From Dictyostelium discoideum (taxonomy: Eukaryota): 64,000 nucleotides of DNA. Below the pieces are notes generated by a model that worked only from the letters and a program-made list of their open reading frames with translations, had not been told where the DNA came from and made no database searches. Shown here one piece after another: positions 30,671-44,198 of this stretch; position 1 is the stretch's first letter, and every line of letters begins with the position of its first letter. Location: positions 2,816,001-2,880,000 of the forward strand of contig CM000151.3 of the NCBI GenBank assembly GCA_000004695.1. The letters run 5' to 3'. The translations under genes and the position numbers were made by a program.

Positions 30671-31693
30671 ATGATTAAAAGGTTAATAAACAATAAAAAT
30701 GTAAACAATTATTTTATAAATAAAAAAATTACAATAAAGTATAATAATTTTTGTTCAACAATTATACCAATTAAAGATAAGATAATAAATGATGATGATA
30801 ATATTTTAAAAAATCATAATAATAATAATATTGAAATTAATAATGAATTTAATAACAATTTTCAAAAAAAAATAGAAAAAATAAAAGATGAAGAAGAAGA
30901 AGTTGATGAAAATCAAGATATGGAATGTACAAGTGAAAAATGTGGATTAATATTTAAAATACCAAATAAACTTAGAGGTAAAGAAGGATATTGTCCAAAA
31001 TGTTCAAATGTAATGATTTTTAAAAAACATGCATCAAAATATAAGAAAATATTAAAAAAGAGAAGAGAACTTTATTCAAATACATTGCATCAAGAAATTA
31101 AAACCATTAAATCATTTGATCCAATAAAGAATAAACCATTTGGTTTAAGTGTTTTATTAGAGGATTGTAGAAGTTTACATAATGTTGGTAGTGTATTTAG
31201 AACATCTGATGGTGCAGGTTTCAATCATATCTATCTATGTGGTCTCACAGGTCATCCACCAAATGATCAAATTTCAAAATTATCTTTAGGTTCAGAGGAT
31301 ATGGTTAATTGGTCAGTCTCAAATGATTCAATTGGTGTAATAAAGAAATTAAAAGAATTAAATGTAAAAATTATTGGTATTGAACAAACTCCAAATTCAG
31401 TTTCATTATTAAATTCAATTGATAAAATTAAAAATTTAGCATTAATATCATCATCATTAGAAAATAACAATAATACTAATAATAATAATGAGGAAGAATA
31501 TCATCCAATAGCAATTATTATGGGTAATGAAATTGCTGGTATGTCTGATGAAGCAATTGAATTATGTGATTTAGTTTGTGAATTACCAATGATGGGTAAT
31601 AAAAAATCTTTAAATGTCAGCATAACTTATGGAATTGTTTCTTATTTCCTTTCACATCATTTTAAATCATTAGTGGAAAATAAAGAATTAAAA

Positions 31694-31731
<38 letters not shown>

Positions 31732-31735
31732 ATTT

Positions 31736-31824
<89 letters not shown>

Positions 31825-31846
31825 TATTTTTATTAATATATTTTAG
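30671..31846 (+). CDS. SpoU/TrmH-family (SPOUT) RNA 2'-O-methyltransferase with N-terminal Cys4 zinc-ribbon-like motif
   Basis: SPOUT motifs: 'FGLSVLLEDCRSLHNVGSVFRTSDGAGFNHIYLCG', 'IAIIMGNEIAGMSDEAIELCDLVCELPMMGNKKSLNVSITYGIVSY'. Upstream 'CTSEKCGLIFKIPNKLRGKEGYCPKCSNVM' resembles a CxxxxC...CxxC ribbon. The start ATG at 30671 (aaaaATGA) was chosen over the TTG/ATG at 30605. The 3' end reads through a poly-Lys run and a (TTTA)n microsatellite before the stop, so the true C-terminus is uncertain. Confidence 0.75.
31737..31826 (+). repeat. (TTTA)n tetranucleotide microsatellite, about 22 units, at the 3' end of the SpoU-methyltransferase ORF
   Basis: 'ttatttatttattt...' translates to (LFIY)n in the ORF tail. 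Confidence 0.9.
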
Positions 31847-32240
31847 TCATTTATCTATTGATTTATTTATTTTTATTATTTTTAATAATTTTTTCTCATT
31901 TTTATTCTTTTTTATTCTTTTTAAGATTTTTTATTTTTTTTTTAATGTTAATCATAAAAATCAAGATATTTTTGGATAATTTCATATTTTTTTTTGATCA
32001 ATGATTTTTTTTTTTTTTTTAATAATTAATTAATTTTTTAATTTTTTTAATTTTTTAATAATACACTCATAAAAAAAAAAATTATCACTCAATAATAATT
32101 AAAGTATAATTACATAAAAAAGATGGGATTTCGTTTTCATTTTTGGTGGCATCATAAAGGATCAAATAATAACTGTCCAGGTGGTGGTAATTATATTTAC
32201 AATTATTTTAAAATTTCTTTTCTTAAACCCAAATTATTAA

Positions 32241-32295
<55 letters not shown>

Positions 32296-32729
32296 TTTAT
32301 TTACTAATTTCTAGGAACTTCACACCCACCAAAATTCCCTCAATAAAAGTAATAATTTAAAAATTACATGCAAACAAAATATCCAATTTTAAATAATAAA
32401 TTTTTATAAGTTACTCCAAATAATTTAAAATATTTTATTTTCTTTTTTAACAATAATACGCTATTCTTATTAGTATTGTTAGGACTTTTTTTTTTTTTTT
32501 TTGTAAAGTTATTAAAAGTTGTTATAATTTATAGTTTAAGTTTGCAAAGTTTCAAATAAAAGAATATTCTTGTTTTAAAAAAATGATGAATTAGAAAATA
32601 AAAAATATGTTTTTATGAATAAAAAAAAAAACAAAGAAAATAATTTAAAACACAATCTTTTTTTTTAGGGAACGCTTTTAATTTTTTTTATATTATATTT
32701 TTTTATTATAGAACAAGAATTTAAATAAT

Positions 32730-34628
32730 TTAATCTAAATCTTCTTCAGTGGTTTTGGCACCAGAGAAGTTACCTGGGTTTTCACCACCTTGTTGACCGT
32801 AAACTTTAGAGATGATTGGTGAACAAACAGCTTCTAAATCTTTCATGGCTTTTTCGTATTCTTCTTTAGTGGCAGAGTCGTTGGCATGTAACCAGTTGAT
32901 GGCTTCATCGGATTTCTCTTCGACGGTCTTACGATCTTCTTTTGATAATTTGGCGGCGATCTTATCGTCTTTAATGGTGCTACGAACGGTGTAAGCGTAG
33001 TTTTCTAATTTGTTCTTTGATTCAACAACTTCACGTTGGGCTTCATCTTGAGCTTTGAACATTTCAGCATCTTTGACCATCTTTTCGATTTGTTCAGCAG
33101 TGAGTCTACCTTTATCGTTGGTGATGGTGATTTTGTGTTTGTTACCAGTGCTCTTATCTTCAGCAGAGACATTTAAGATACCGTTGGCATCGATATCGAA
33201 AGTAACTTCAATTTGTGGGACACCACGTGGAGCTGGTGGGATGTTGGTTAATTCGAATTTACCTAATAAGTTGTTATCACGAGTCATAGCACGTTCACCT
33301 TCGTAGACTTGAACTAAGACACCAGTTTGGTTATCAGAGTAGGTGGAGAAAGTTTGGTTCTTTTTGCATGGAATGGTAGTATTTCTTGGGATGAGGGTAG
33401 TCATGACACCACCGGCGGTTTCGAGACCCATTGATAATGGAGCAACATCTAATAATAAGATATCGGCAACTTTAGCACCACCTTCGTTGGAGAGAATGGC
33501 AGCTTGGACGGCAGCACCATAGGCAACGGCTTCATCTGGATTGATGGATTTGTTGAGTTCTTTACCGTTGAAATGATCTTGTAATAATTGTTGAACCTTT
33601 GGAATACGAGTTGAACCACCGACTAAGACGATTTCGTGAATGGTCTTCTTGTCTAATTTGGAGTCTTTTAAGACTTTGTCGACTGGGTCTAAACAACCAC
33701 GGAAGAGATCAGCGCATAATTCTTCGAAACGAGCTCTGGTGATTGAGGTGTAGAAATCAATACCTTCAAAGAGGGAATCAATTTCAATTGAAGCTTGAGC
33801 AGATGAAGATAAAGTTCTCTTGGCACGTTCACAAGCAGTTCTTAAACGACGGAGGGCACGTTGGTTGGTCATTAAGTCTTTCTTGTGTTTACGTTTGAAT
33901 TCATCGACAAAGTGGTTGACGAGACGGTTATCAAAATCTTCACCACCTAAATGGGTATCACCAGCGGTAGCTTTGACTTCAAAGACACCATCTTCAATGG
34001 TGAGGAGAGAAACATCGAATGTACCACCACCTAAATCGAAAATTAAGATGTTACGTTCACCTTGTGATTTCTTTTCGAGACCATAGGCAATAGCGGCGGC
34101 AGTTGGTTCATTGATAATACGTTGGACGTTTAATTTAGCGATGGCACCTGCATCTTTGGTGGCTTGACGTTGGCTATCGTTGAAATAAGCTGGAACGGTG
34201 ATAACGGCGTTGTTGATGGTTTTACCGAGGTAAGCTTCAGCGGTTTCTTTCATCTTTAAGAGAACCATTGAAGAGACTTCTTCTGGTGAGAAAGTTTTAA
34301 CTTCACCTTTGAATTCAACTTGGAGATGTGGTTTGTCACCTTCTTTGGCGATAACTTTGAATGGCCAATGTTTCATATCGGATTGGATAACTGGATCAGA
34401 GAATTTACGACCAATTAAACGTTTGGCATCAAAGATGGTGTTGGTTGGATTCATGGCAACTTGATTCTTAGCAGCATCACCAATTAAACGTTCAGTTTCG
34501 TTGAAAGCAACGTATGATGGGGTGGTTCTGTTACCTTGATCATTAGCAATGATTTCAACACGATCATTTTGCCAGACACCAACACATGAGTAAGTTGTAC
34601 CTAAATCAATACCAATAGAGGAAGACAT
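32730..34628 (-). CDS. Cytosolic Hsp70/Hsc70 family chaperone (632 aa, intronless)
   Basis: Full-length match to the Hsp70 family: '[14 protein letters not shown]', '[12 protein letters not shown]', '[13 protein letters not shown]' and the substrate-binding domain. The C-terminus is ...[19 protein letters not shown]. Confidence 0.95.
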   Translation of the reverse strand: MSSSIGIDLGTTYSCVGVWQNDRVEIIANDQGNRTTPSYVAFNETERLIGDAAKNQVAMNPTNTIFDAKRLIGRKFSDPVIQSDMKHWPFKVIAKEGDKPHLQVEFKGEVKTFSPEEVSSMVLLKMKETAEAYLGKTINNAVITVPAYFNDSQRQATKDAGAIAKLNVQRIINEPTAAAIAYGLEKKSQGERNILIFDLGGGTFDVSLLTIEDGVFEVKATAGDTHLGGEDFDNRLVNHFVDEFKRKHKKDLMTNQRALRRLRTACERAKRTLSSSAQASIEIDSLFEGIDFYTSITRARFEELCADLFRGCLDPVDKVLKDSKLDKKTIHEIVLVGGSTRIPKVQQLLQDHFNGKELNKSINPDEAVAYGAAVQAAILSNEGGAKVADILLLDVAPLSMGLETAGGVMTTLIPRNTTIPCKKNQTFSTYSDNQTGVLVQVYEGERAMTRDNNLLGKFELTNIPPAPRGVPQIEVTFDIDANGILNVSAEDKSTGNKHKITITNDKGRLTAEQIEKMVKDAEMFKAQDEAQREVVESKNKLENYAYTVRSTIKDDKIAAKLSKEDRKTVEEKSDEAINWLHANDSATKEEYEKAMKDLEAVCSPIISKVYGQQGGENPGNFSGAKTTEEDLD

Positions 34629-34776
34629 TTTATATTACTTTAAATTTGTATAAAAAAAAGAATTAATATTTTGAGAAAAAAGATATTATATGATTTTTAA
34701 TTTGATTTAATTGATTTTTTTATTATATAAAAAAAAAAAAATTATTTTATAACTTTGTGATATATTTTAAAAATTA

Positions 34777-34811
<35 letters not shown>

Positions 34812-35107
34812 AACAATTGTGTTTAATTATTATATTATTTATTTAATAAGTGTTTTTTATTATTTTTTTGAATTGATAATATTTTTTTTTTTTTTTTTGT
34901 TTCTTATTTATATCCAAAATCAAAACTAAATTTTTTTTTTTTTTTTTTATTTATTTTTTTTTTTAAAAAAATATAGAGATAACATACTCTGTAAAATACT
35001 TTCGATGATTACACAAAATGAAAAAATAAAAAAAAATTACTTAAAAACTCCAAGACTCTCAGCATATTTTTTTTTAAAAAATTGAAAAAAATTAAATAAA
35101 ATTCAAT

Positions 35108-35128
35108 AAAGACGAAAACGAACTTTCA
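35108..35128 (-). promoter_or_regulatory. Candidate heat-shock element (GAAaacGAActTTC) about 490 bp upstream of the Hsp70 start
   Basis: It contains one perfect nGAAnnTTCn dyad plus a third GAA unit with 3-nt spacing. This is weak on its own. Confidence 0.2.
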
Positions 35129-35915
35129 AATTAAATATCATCAAATTTTCCCTCACTATTCCCCCAAATCTATTTATAAAATCGTTTTTTTTTAAATTTT
35201 ATTTTTTTTAATTTTTATTTTTTATTTTCAATTTTTTTTTTTTTTTCTCAAAAACTAAATATCCGAAAAAAAAAAAAAAAACGAAAGTGTTGTTTTGAAG
35301 TACCATTATTACGATTTTACTTTTTTTTAATAAAAAAAAAAAAAAACCGAACGAATTTCAAATGTGTAGAAAATTATTTAATAAAATAAATAAAAAGAAA
35401 AAAAAAATAAAAAATTAACTGATCACTTTTTTTTTTTTTAAAATTTATGATTTACTTTTTTAAATAAATAAAAAAAAAAAAAAAAATTAAATTTTTATCA
35501 TTCCAAAAATATATTTATAGGATAACTAAATAAAATTATCTTTTTTAAATGAGTTATTAACAAATAAAATTAATTATAATAAATAATTATCTTAATTAAA
35601 TATTTAGAGAAAAAAAAAAAAAAATAATAAAATAAAAGAATACAAAATAAAAAATATATCCTAATTTATCACTACCTCTCGGTGATTCTATTAAATTCTA
35701 AGGCTATCACCTTTTTTACTTTATTAAAATTATTTTTGTTTAATAAAAAAAAAAATATAAAAAAAAATAAAAAAATAAAAAAAAATAAAAAAAAAAATTC
35801 CTTCCAATATCATTTTTTTTTTTTTTTTTTTTAATTTTTTTTTTATTTAATTATTTTTTTTTTTTTTTTTCATTTATATATTTACAAAAAAATAAAAATA
35901 AAATAAAAAAATACA

Positions 35916-37363
<1,448 letters not shown>

Positions 37364-37820
37364 AATAAAAAAGATATAAAAAAAGAATAAAATTATTAAA
37401 AAACATGGAAATTTTTTTTTTTTTTTAAACATAGTTTAATTTAATTATTTTTTATTCATATTTTCTTTAACTTCTTAGAGTATTTTTAAGGAAAATAAGT
37501 ATCCTAATTTAAGGGAAAAAAAAAAAATTTTTGTATTTCTCTTTTTAAGACTAAGAATTCCGACAAAAATTTGAAACGAGTGGTTCCAATAATTTAGTGA
37601 GCTATATGGTCTTGTTTCGAGAAAATTTTGAAATGTGGATAGGTTAGGCTGCCATCCATGATCTGTAAATATTATCTCTGGATATTATATTCTTTACCTA
37701 CAATTTAATAATAATAATATAAAAAAAAAAAAGTTAGTCTTTTTTTTTATTTTTTTTATTTATTCTCGTAACAAAAACAAGTTTTTTTTTTTTTTTTTAG
37801 TCAGGTTAAAATTGTAAAAG

Positions 37821-38166
37821 TCATCTATCATAAGTTTCAGCTAATGTAGATAATTTGGATCATCATTTCAAAAAAAAAAAAAAAAAAATAATTATAAAAA
37901 ATAAAACAAACAATAGCTAAACTTACATAGTTAAGATATAAATAAATCCTATTTACATTGTAAATTAAATAAAATGCTACACAAAAAAAAAATAAAAAAA
38001 AATAAAAAAAAAATAAAAAAAGTTAGTTTTTGTGATTTTTTTTTTTTTTTTTTTTTTTTGTATTTCGTTTGATATTTTAAATGATTGATTGATTGAATCA
38101 GTTGTAATTTTTAAGAATCGTCTATCATAAGTTTCAGCTAATGTAGATATTTGGGTCATCATTTTA
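37821..38166 (+). repeat. Two copies of an about 50-bp direct repeat (37821..37870 and 38118..38166), each followed by an A/T run
   Basis: 'tcatctatcataagtttcagctaatgtagataatttggatcatcatttca' versus 'tcgtctatcataagtttcagctaatgtagatatttgggtcatcatttta', about 90% identical. Confidence 0.7.
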
Positions 38167-38352
38167 TAACCAATCTTTTTTTTTTTTTTTTTTTTTTGAA
38201 CGAAATAATTATAAATATAAATACTTACAAGCAACGGTTTATTTTGGAAGTAAACTAAAATGCAAAATGAATTTTTTTTTTTTTTTTTATGGCAACAAAA
38301 CTTTTTAAAAAAAAAAAAAAAAAGTAAAAAATAAAAACACAGGCAAAAATTT

Positions 38353-38386
<34 letters not shown>

Positions 38387-38786
38387 AATTAAAACAAAAT
38401 ATTTTTTTTGTCACATTGTTTATATTATCTTATTTATTTATTTATTTTTTCCCCTTCATTTCCTTTTTTATTTGGATTTTTCTATTTGCTTTGGTTTAAA
38501 AAAGTTTCCTTTTTTTTTATTTGGATTTTTTTTATTTTTATTTATTTTTTTTTTTTTAAAAATTTATTTTATTTTTTTCTTTGGTGTTTGTTAATGTAAT
38601 CACCAAAAAGAGAACTCGAATTAATTCCTTATCAATTTTATTATTATTTTTTTTTTTTCTTTTTTTATTTTTTATTTTTTTATTTTTTCATTTTAATTTT
38701 TTTTTTTTTAATTTTTTTTTATTTATTTGGACGGAGAGAGATAAAGATAGAGAGAGAGATAGAGGGATAGAGATATATATGTTTAA

Positions 38787-38814
38787 ATGACTGATCACAG
38801 TAATAATTCAACAG

Positions 38815-38884
<70 letters not shown>

Positions 38885-39242
38885 TAATAATAGTAATAAT
38901 AATAATAGTAACAACAACAATAATAATAATAGTACTAATAATAGTAATACCAATACAAATGTTTTATCACAAGAATTATTAGATATATTAAATTCATTAG
39001 CCGATACATTTATAAATGAGTCAAATTATTCTTCTTTTGAAGATTTGTTTATGTCAATAGAGGAAGCGTATTGGTATTACATCGATATACATTTGATTCA
39101 AAATACTAGGTTACCAAAACCTGATTTACAAAATTTTGCGGAAATGAGTAAGTTCTTCATTTTCATTTTCATTTTAATTTTTTTTTATTTTTTTTTTTTA
39201 TTACTGTGTAATATATTTTTATTTTATAATTCCAATCAATTG

Positions 39243-39296
<54 letters not shown>

Positions 39297-40263
39297 AAAA
39301 TAAATTAAATAAAAGTATTACAAAATAATGAAAGATTATTACCATTTCATACAGCATTATTAAATACATCAACTTATAGTGGTATGGTTAAAAAATTTGA
39401 AGTATTCAAAAGATTAATACCGAAATATGGTGCAATTATATTAAATAAAGATATGAGTAAAGTTGTATTGGTTAAAGAACAATGGTGGGGATGGGGTTTT
39501 CCAAAAGGTAAAGGTAAAGAGGGTGAAACTGAAACTCAAAGTGCATCAAGAGAAGTATTTGAAGAGATTGGTTTCGACATTTCATCTTATATAAAAAAAG
39601 ATGCATTCATTCAAAAAGAAAGTCATGGTGTAATTAAAAAATTTTTCATTTGTGTTGGTGTTGATGAATTAACTGATTTTGAAACTCATACAAGATATGA
39701 AATTAGTGTAATGTATTAAATAATTAAATATAATAATATTAATAAATAAAATATTAATATATGTATATTTATTTAAATATAGAGAATTAAATGGCATTTA
39801 ATTGATGATTTACCATTATTTCATAGTAGACAATCACACCAATTTGCAGCTATTATATCATATGTTAAACCATTAATAGCATGGATCGATAATAAAAGAA
39901 TGGAGAATGGTTTAGAACCAATTCATAGAACCAATTCCAATAATAATGAAGGTGGTAATATAGGTGATTTCTCATTTAAATACAAATGGACACCACAAAA
40001 AAACAAAATTAAAAATACTCAACAACATCATCAACAACAAATTCCAGAGGATGATAACGAAATCATTTTAAGTAATGAAGTTGAAAGTATTCAATTATCA
40101 CAGTATATCGATGAGTTTAAATCATTTCTAAATGAGAAACAATCATTATCAACTAGTGGTAATAATACTCCTAAATTAAATTCAAATTTATCTAAGAAAA
40201 TTGAACAACAACAACAGCAACAACAACAACAACATCCACAACAACAAAATCAAAATCAATATC

Positions 40264-40351
<88 letters not shown>

Positions 40352-40847
40352 GCAACAACATCAACAACAAAATCAATATCAGCAACATCAGCATCCACAA
40401 CACAGCAACAACAATAACAACAATAACAATCAACAATTATATCTTCCAAGCTATCAACAACAACAAAATATTCAAAATCAACAAAATTTTCAAAATCAAT
40501 TATTAAACTTTAATAATCAACAACAAAACTTTCAAAATCAATTACGACAACAAAACTTTCAGAACCAACAACAAAACTATCACCAAAATCAGCCAAACTT
40601 TCAAAACCAACAACAACAACCAAACTTTCAAAACCAACAACAACTAAACTTTCAAAACCAACAACAGCAACAAAACTTTCAGAATCAAATGCAAAACTTT
40701 CAAAACCAACAACAAAACTTCCAAAACCAACAACAAAACTTTCAAAACCAAAATCAACAACAACAACAAAACTTCCAAAATCAACAACAAAATTTTCAAA
40801 ACCAACAAAGATTTATGCACCAACAACAATATCAACAATATAAATAA
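38787..40847 (+). CDS. dcp2: mRNA-decapping enzyme subunit 2 (Dcp2; Box A + Nudix hydrolase domain) with long Gln-rich C-terminal extension containing (NFQNQQQ)n repeats; 3 exons: 38787..39147, 39316..39707, 39783..40847
   Basis: Box A: 'ELLDILNSLADTFINESNYSSFEDLFMSIEEAYWYYIDIHLIQN'. Nudix box: 'WGFPKGKGKEGETETQSASREVFEEIGFD' (compare Dcp2 'WGFPKGKINKDE...CAIREVYEETGFD'). After exon 3 splices in: '...HTRYEIS|RIKWHLIDDLPLF', matching the Dcp2 'KIEWH.L.DLP' block. Introns have GTAAGT/aaaag and GTAATG/aaatatag borders with consistent phases. Confidence 0.85.
40268..40362 (+). repeat. (CAA)n about 95 nt encoding poly-Gln in the Dcp2 C-terminal extension
   Basis: Perfect CAA run. Flanked by degenerate 'AACTTTCAAAACCAACAACAA' 21-nt repeats (NFQNQQQ). 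Confidence 0.9.
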
Positions 40848-40938
40848 AATTAAAAACTTTTGTAAATAAAATTAAAAGTAAAATAATATATATGTTTATA
40901 TATTCATTTATTTTATATATTATTAAGTAAAATTATAC

Positions 40939-40970
<32 letters not shown>

Positions 40971-41064
40971 TTGTAAAAATATTATTATCATAAACTATTT
41001 TTATTATTAGGAAAAGTATACATCTAAAACAATTTTACATTGCTTTTTTTTTTTTTTATTATTA

Positions 41065-41134
<70 letters not shown>

Positions 41135-41156
41135 AAGTTAAATACTAAAGATTAAT

Positions 41157-41799
41157 TTAGTTTCCACCTTTATCTTCACACCATTCATTTTCTTTTCTAA
41201 TTTGTTCTTCTTCTTCTGGGGTAAAATCATTTTTAATATTGAAAATCTTTCTAATTTCTTCTGGGGTTTTGCCTCTAATCATGTTGGCAACTGTTTTACA
41301 GGTAACATCTAATAATGGTTTAATATCCAAATAGTTGGCAGCCAAGATTAATTCGAATAAGGTTGGTTGATCGACTTTACAGAAATCTCTATCATATGGT
41401 GGGATATCATCTAATCTCTTTTCATCCTTTTTATCGTCACCTTGTGGTGATGGATGTTGGTGGTGGTGTCTGCAATAGTCAAGAACTTTTTCTAAAATAG
41501 TGGAAGTAACATTTGGTAATGGAATTGGGGCGTCTGATTCACCGATATCTAAAATAAATAAATAAAAAAAAAGAATATTAATATTTTTCCGAATTATTTT
41601 TTATTTTTGTGTGTGTGTGTTTATTTGATTTTTTATTTTTATTTTTATTTTTATTTTTTTATTTTTATTTTATTTATTTATTTTTTTTGTTTAATTACAT
41701 ACCTTCAATCATATTCTTGATTGTAACAGACATACAAGCGATTTCTTTTTCAATCTCAAAGACTTTTTCATCTGATGATTCTAATTTTACTAATGACAT
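41157..41799 (-). CDS. fpaB: SCF ubiquitin-ligase subunit Skp1 (162 aa); 2 exons: 41703..41799, 41157..41548
   Basis: The spliced product is [32 protein letters not shown]|D|[129 protein letters not shown], identical to my recollection of D. discoideum Skp1. Residue 39 is Ala. If my memory of the Ser39/Ala39 difference between Skp1A and Skp1B is right this is fpaB, otherwise fpaA. Intron 41549..41702 has GTATGT...ttttag borders, phase 1. Confidence 0.9.
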
Positions 41800-43895
41800 T
41801 ATATTTTAAAAAGTGTGTATTGCTTTATTGGGACACTGGAATTTATATGAAAGATTTTTTTCAAATTGAAATTATTTTTAAAAAATAAAAAAAAAACTTT
41901 TTTTTAAAAAAAAATTAATTTATTTTTAAAAAAAAAAAAAAAAAATTAAAAAATAGAAAAAAAATAGAAAAAAAAAAAAAAAAAAAAGTTAGGCATCATC
42001 GTCATAAAATATCTTTAAAAAAATTTCAACGAAATTTTTTCTTCATTTCCTCTAGTTTATTTTCTTTTAATTTTCTTTTTAACATTAGTAATTAAAAATC
42101 CAATGACATTTTATTTCTTTGTTTTAAAAAAAAACAATTAAAAAAAAAAAATAACTAAATGAGATAAAAAAAAAAAAAAAAAAGTATAAAAAATAATTAA
42201 ATCAACAGATAAAGATTTAAAAATAAAAAAATTTGAAAATAGAAAAAAAAATAGAAATGTAAAAAAAAGGAAAAAAACCAAAAAAAAAAATAAAGTAAAT
42301 ATTTATCTTCACAAATATCTTAAAATTTTATTTGTTCCTAAATTAGAAAAAAAAATAAAAAAATAAAAAATATAATAAAATAAAATAAAACAAAATAAAA
42401 AATTTTAAAAAAAAATTATAAATTGACCACATCAAAATAATAAAAATGCAAAAAAGAAATTACAAAAAAAAAAAAAGAAAAAGTAAAAAAATAAAAAAAG
42501 AAACCCTAATTATTTGTAATATTATAAAAAATTGCTAAATGGGGAAATGTTTGGAATGTGATCTCAATTTTCACATTATTTTTTTATTTTTTTTTTCTAA
42601 TCATTTTTTAATTATAAATATGTTATGACCTCAATAATTTTCATTCAATAACATTTCTACAATTTTAAGAATAATCTTAAATCTCAGAATTAATTTTATT
42701 ATGGCAGTTCATAATTCAAGCCATATCATTAATAGCAATTAGTTATTACCAAAATCTCAAAAAATGATGTTTTTTTTTTTTATTTAATTAAATGATCATC
42801 AAAAATAATTAAAAAATAAAAGATTAGTATTTAAAATAGTATTTTATTTTAAAGAATTCTAAAACCATCATTATTTGTATTTAGATCTAATAATTTTATT
42901 TTTCCAAACGAAGGGTCATTTTATTTATTTCAAAAAAAAAAAAAAAAAAAGTGGACAAATAAAATAATCATCAAAAAAAAAAAATAAAAAAAAAATAAAA
43001 AAAAAATAAAAATGGACAAATAAAACAAAGATATAAAAAAATAAAATAAAAAATAAAACAAAAAACAAAAAAAAAAAGTAAAAAATATAAAAAGACACCC
43101 CCCAATCATATCCAATATATTATTATTTTTACTAAATATATTTTTTTTTTTTTTTTTTAAAAAAATACTAAAATGGACGAAAGTGTGGAATGTGTGTGAT
43201 GCTCAGTTTTCACACAATTTTTTATTATTATTTTTTTTTATTGTTTTTTTTTTTTTTTTTATTATTTTTTATTTTTTTTTTTTTTATTATTTTTTTTTAA
43301 TTTTTATTATTTTTTTTTAATTTTATTTTTTTTTTATTTTTTTTATATTTTTTTTTAAATTTATTTTTTTAATTTTTATTTTTGTTTTTTTTTTATTATT
43401 AAATAATTTTTTTTTTTTCATTTTGGTTATTATTTTGGGTAAACTCATTCAAATTTATAACTCTTAATTTTATTATTTAATAATTATTTTTATAACAATA
43501 TTGTTCATTCAGAAGATAATGTAAGGATAAAAATAGAAAATTAGTATTTTTTTTATTTTTTTTTATTTTTTTTATTTATTTTTGGTGTTTCCATTTTGGG
43601 TTCGAACGAAAAAGGTTTTTTTTGAATTAAAATTTTTTTTAATTTTTTTTTTTTTTTTTAATTTTGGAATGGATAACAATCGCACGAGTGGCTATTTTTA
43701 ACCCATTTTTTTAAAATTTTTATAAAATATCCTATTAGAAAAAAAAAAAAAAAAAAAAATTCAAAAAAAAAAAATTTATCTTCTCATTTTTTTTTTTTTT
43801 AAAATTTTTCTTTTTTATTTTTATAGCTATTAATTATATATTATTTTTTTTTTTATATAAAAAAAACTTTATTAAAAAAAAAAAAAAAAACTAAA

Positions 43896-44140
43896 ATGTC
43901 ACCAAGACCAGAGAGTATCAAGAAAGTAATGGATGTATTAGGTGATTTTAATCCATCAGAAGATAAAATTAAGAAAACATTGGGTATAGACGAAGATGAA
44001 ATGAGGATGATTAACGAAGAGAAAAACACCGTAATTTCACCAGCAAAAGATAGAATCCCAATAAATAGAAAATTAACTAAAAAAGCTCAAGATACATTAG
44101 GAATTAATTTATCAAAAGAAAAAGTAAATTATAAATTTTT

Positions 44141-44198
<58 letters not shown>

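Noticed and set aside
32123-32314. 63-aa ORF (MGFRFHFWWHHKGSNNNCPGGGNY...LLLLL).
   Set aside because: It is mostly a translated (ATT)n microsatellite with no coding-like flanks. It lies in the Hsp70 3' flank.
34650-35100. Additional heat-shock elements in the Hsp70 promoter.
   Set aside because: Only TTTCgatGA-type half-matches are present. Nothing has three or more correctly spaced GAA/TTC units.
41609-41809. Plus-strand ORF ([12 protein letters not shown]...).
   Set aside because: It lies inside the Skp1 intron and first exon on the opposite strand. It is a poly-Phe/Leu translation of a T-rich intron.
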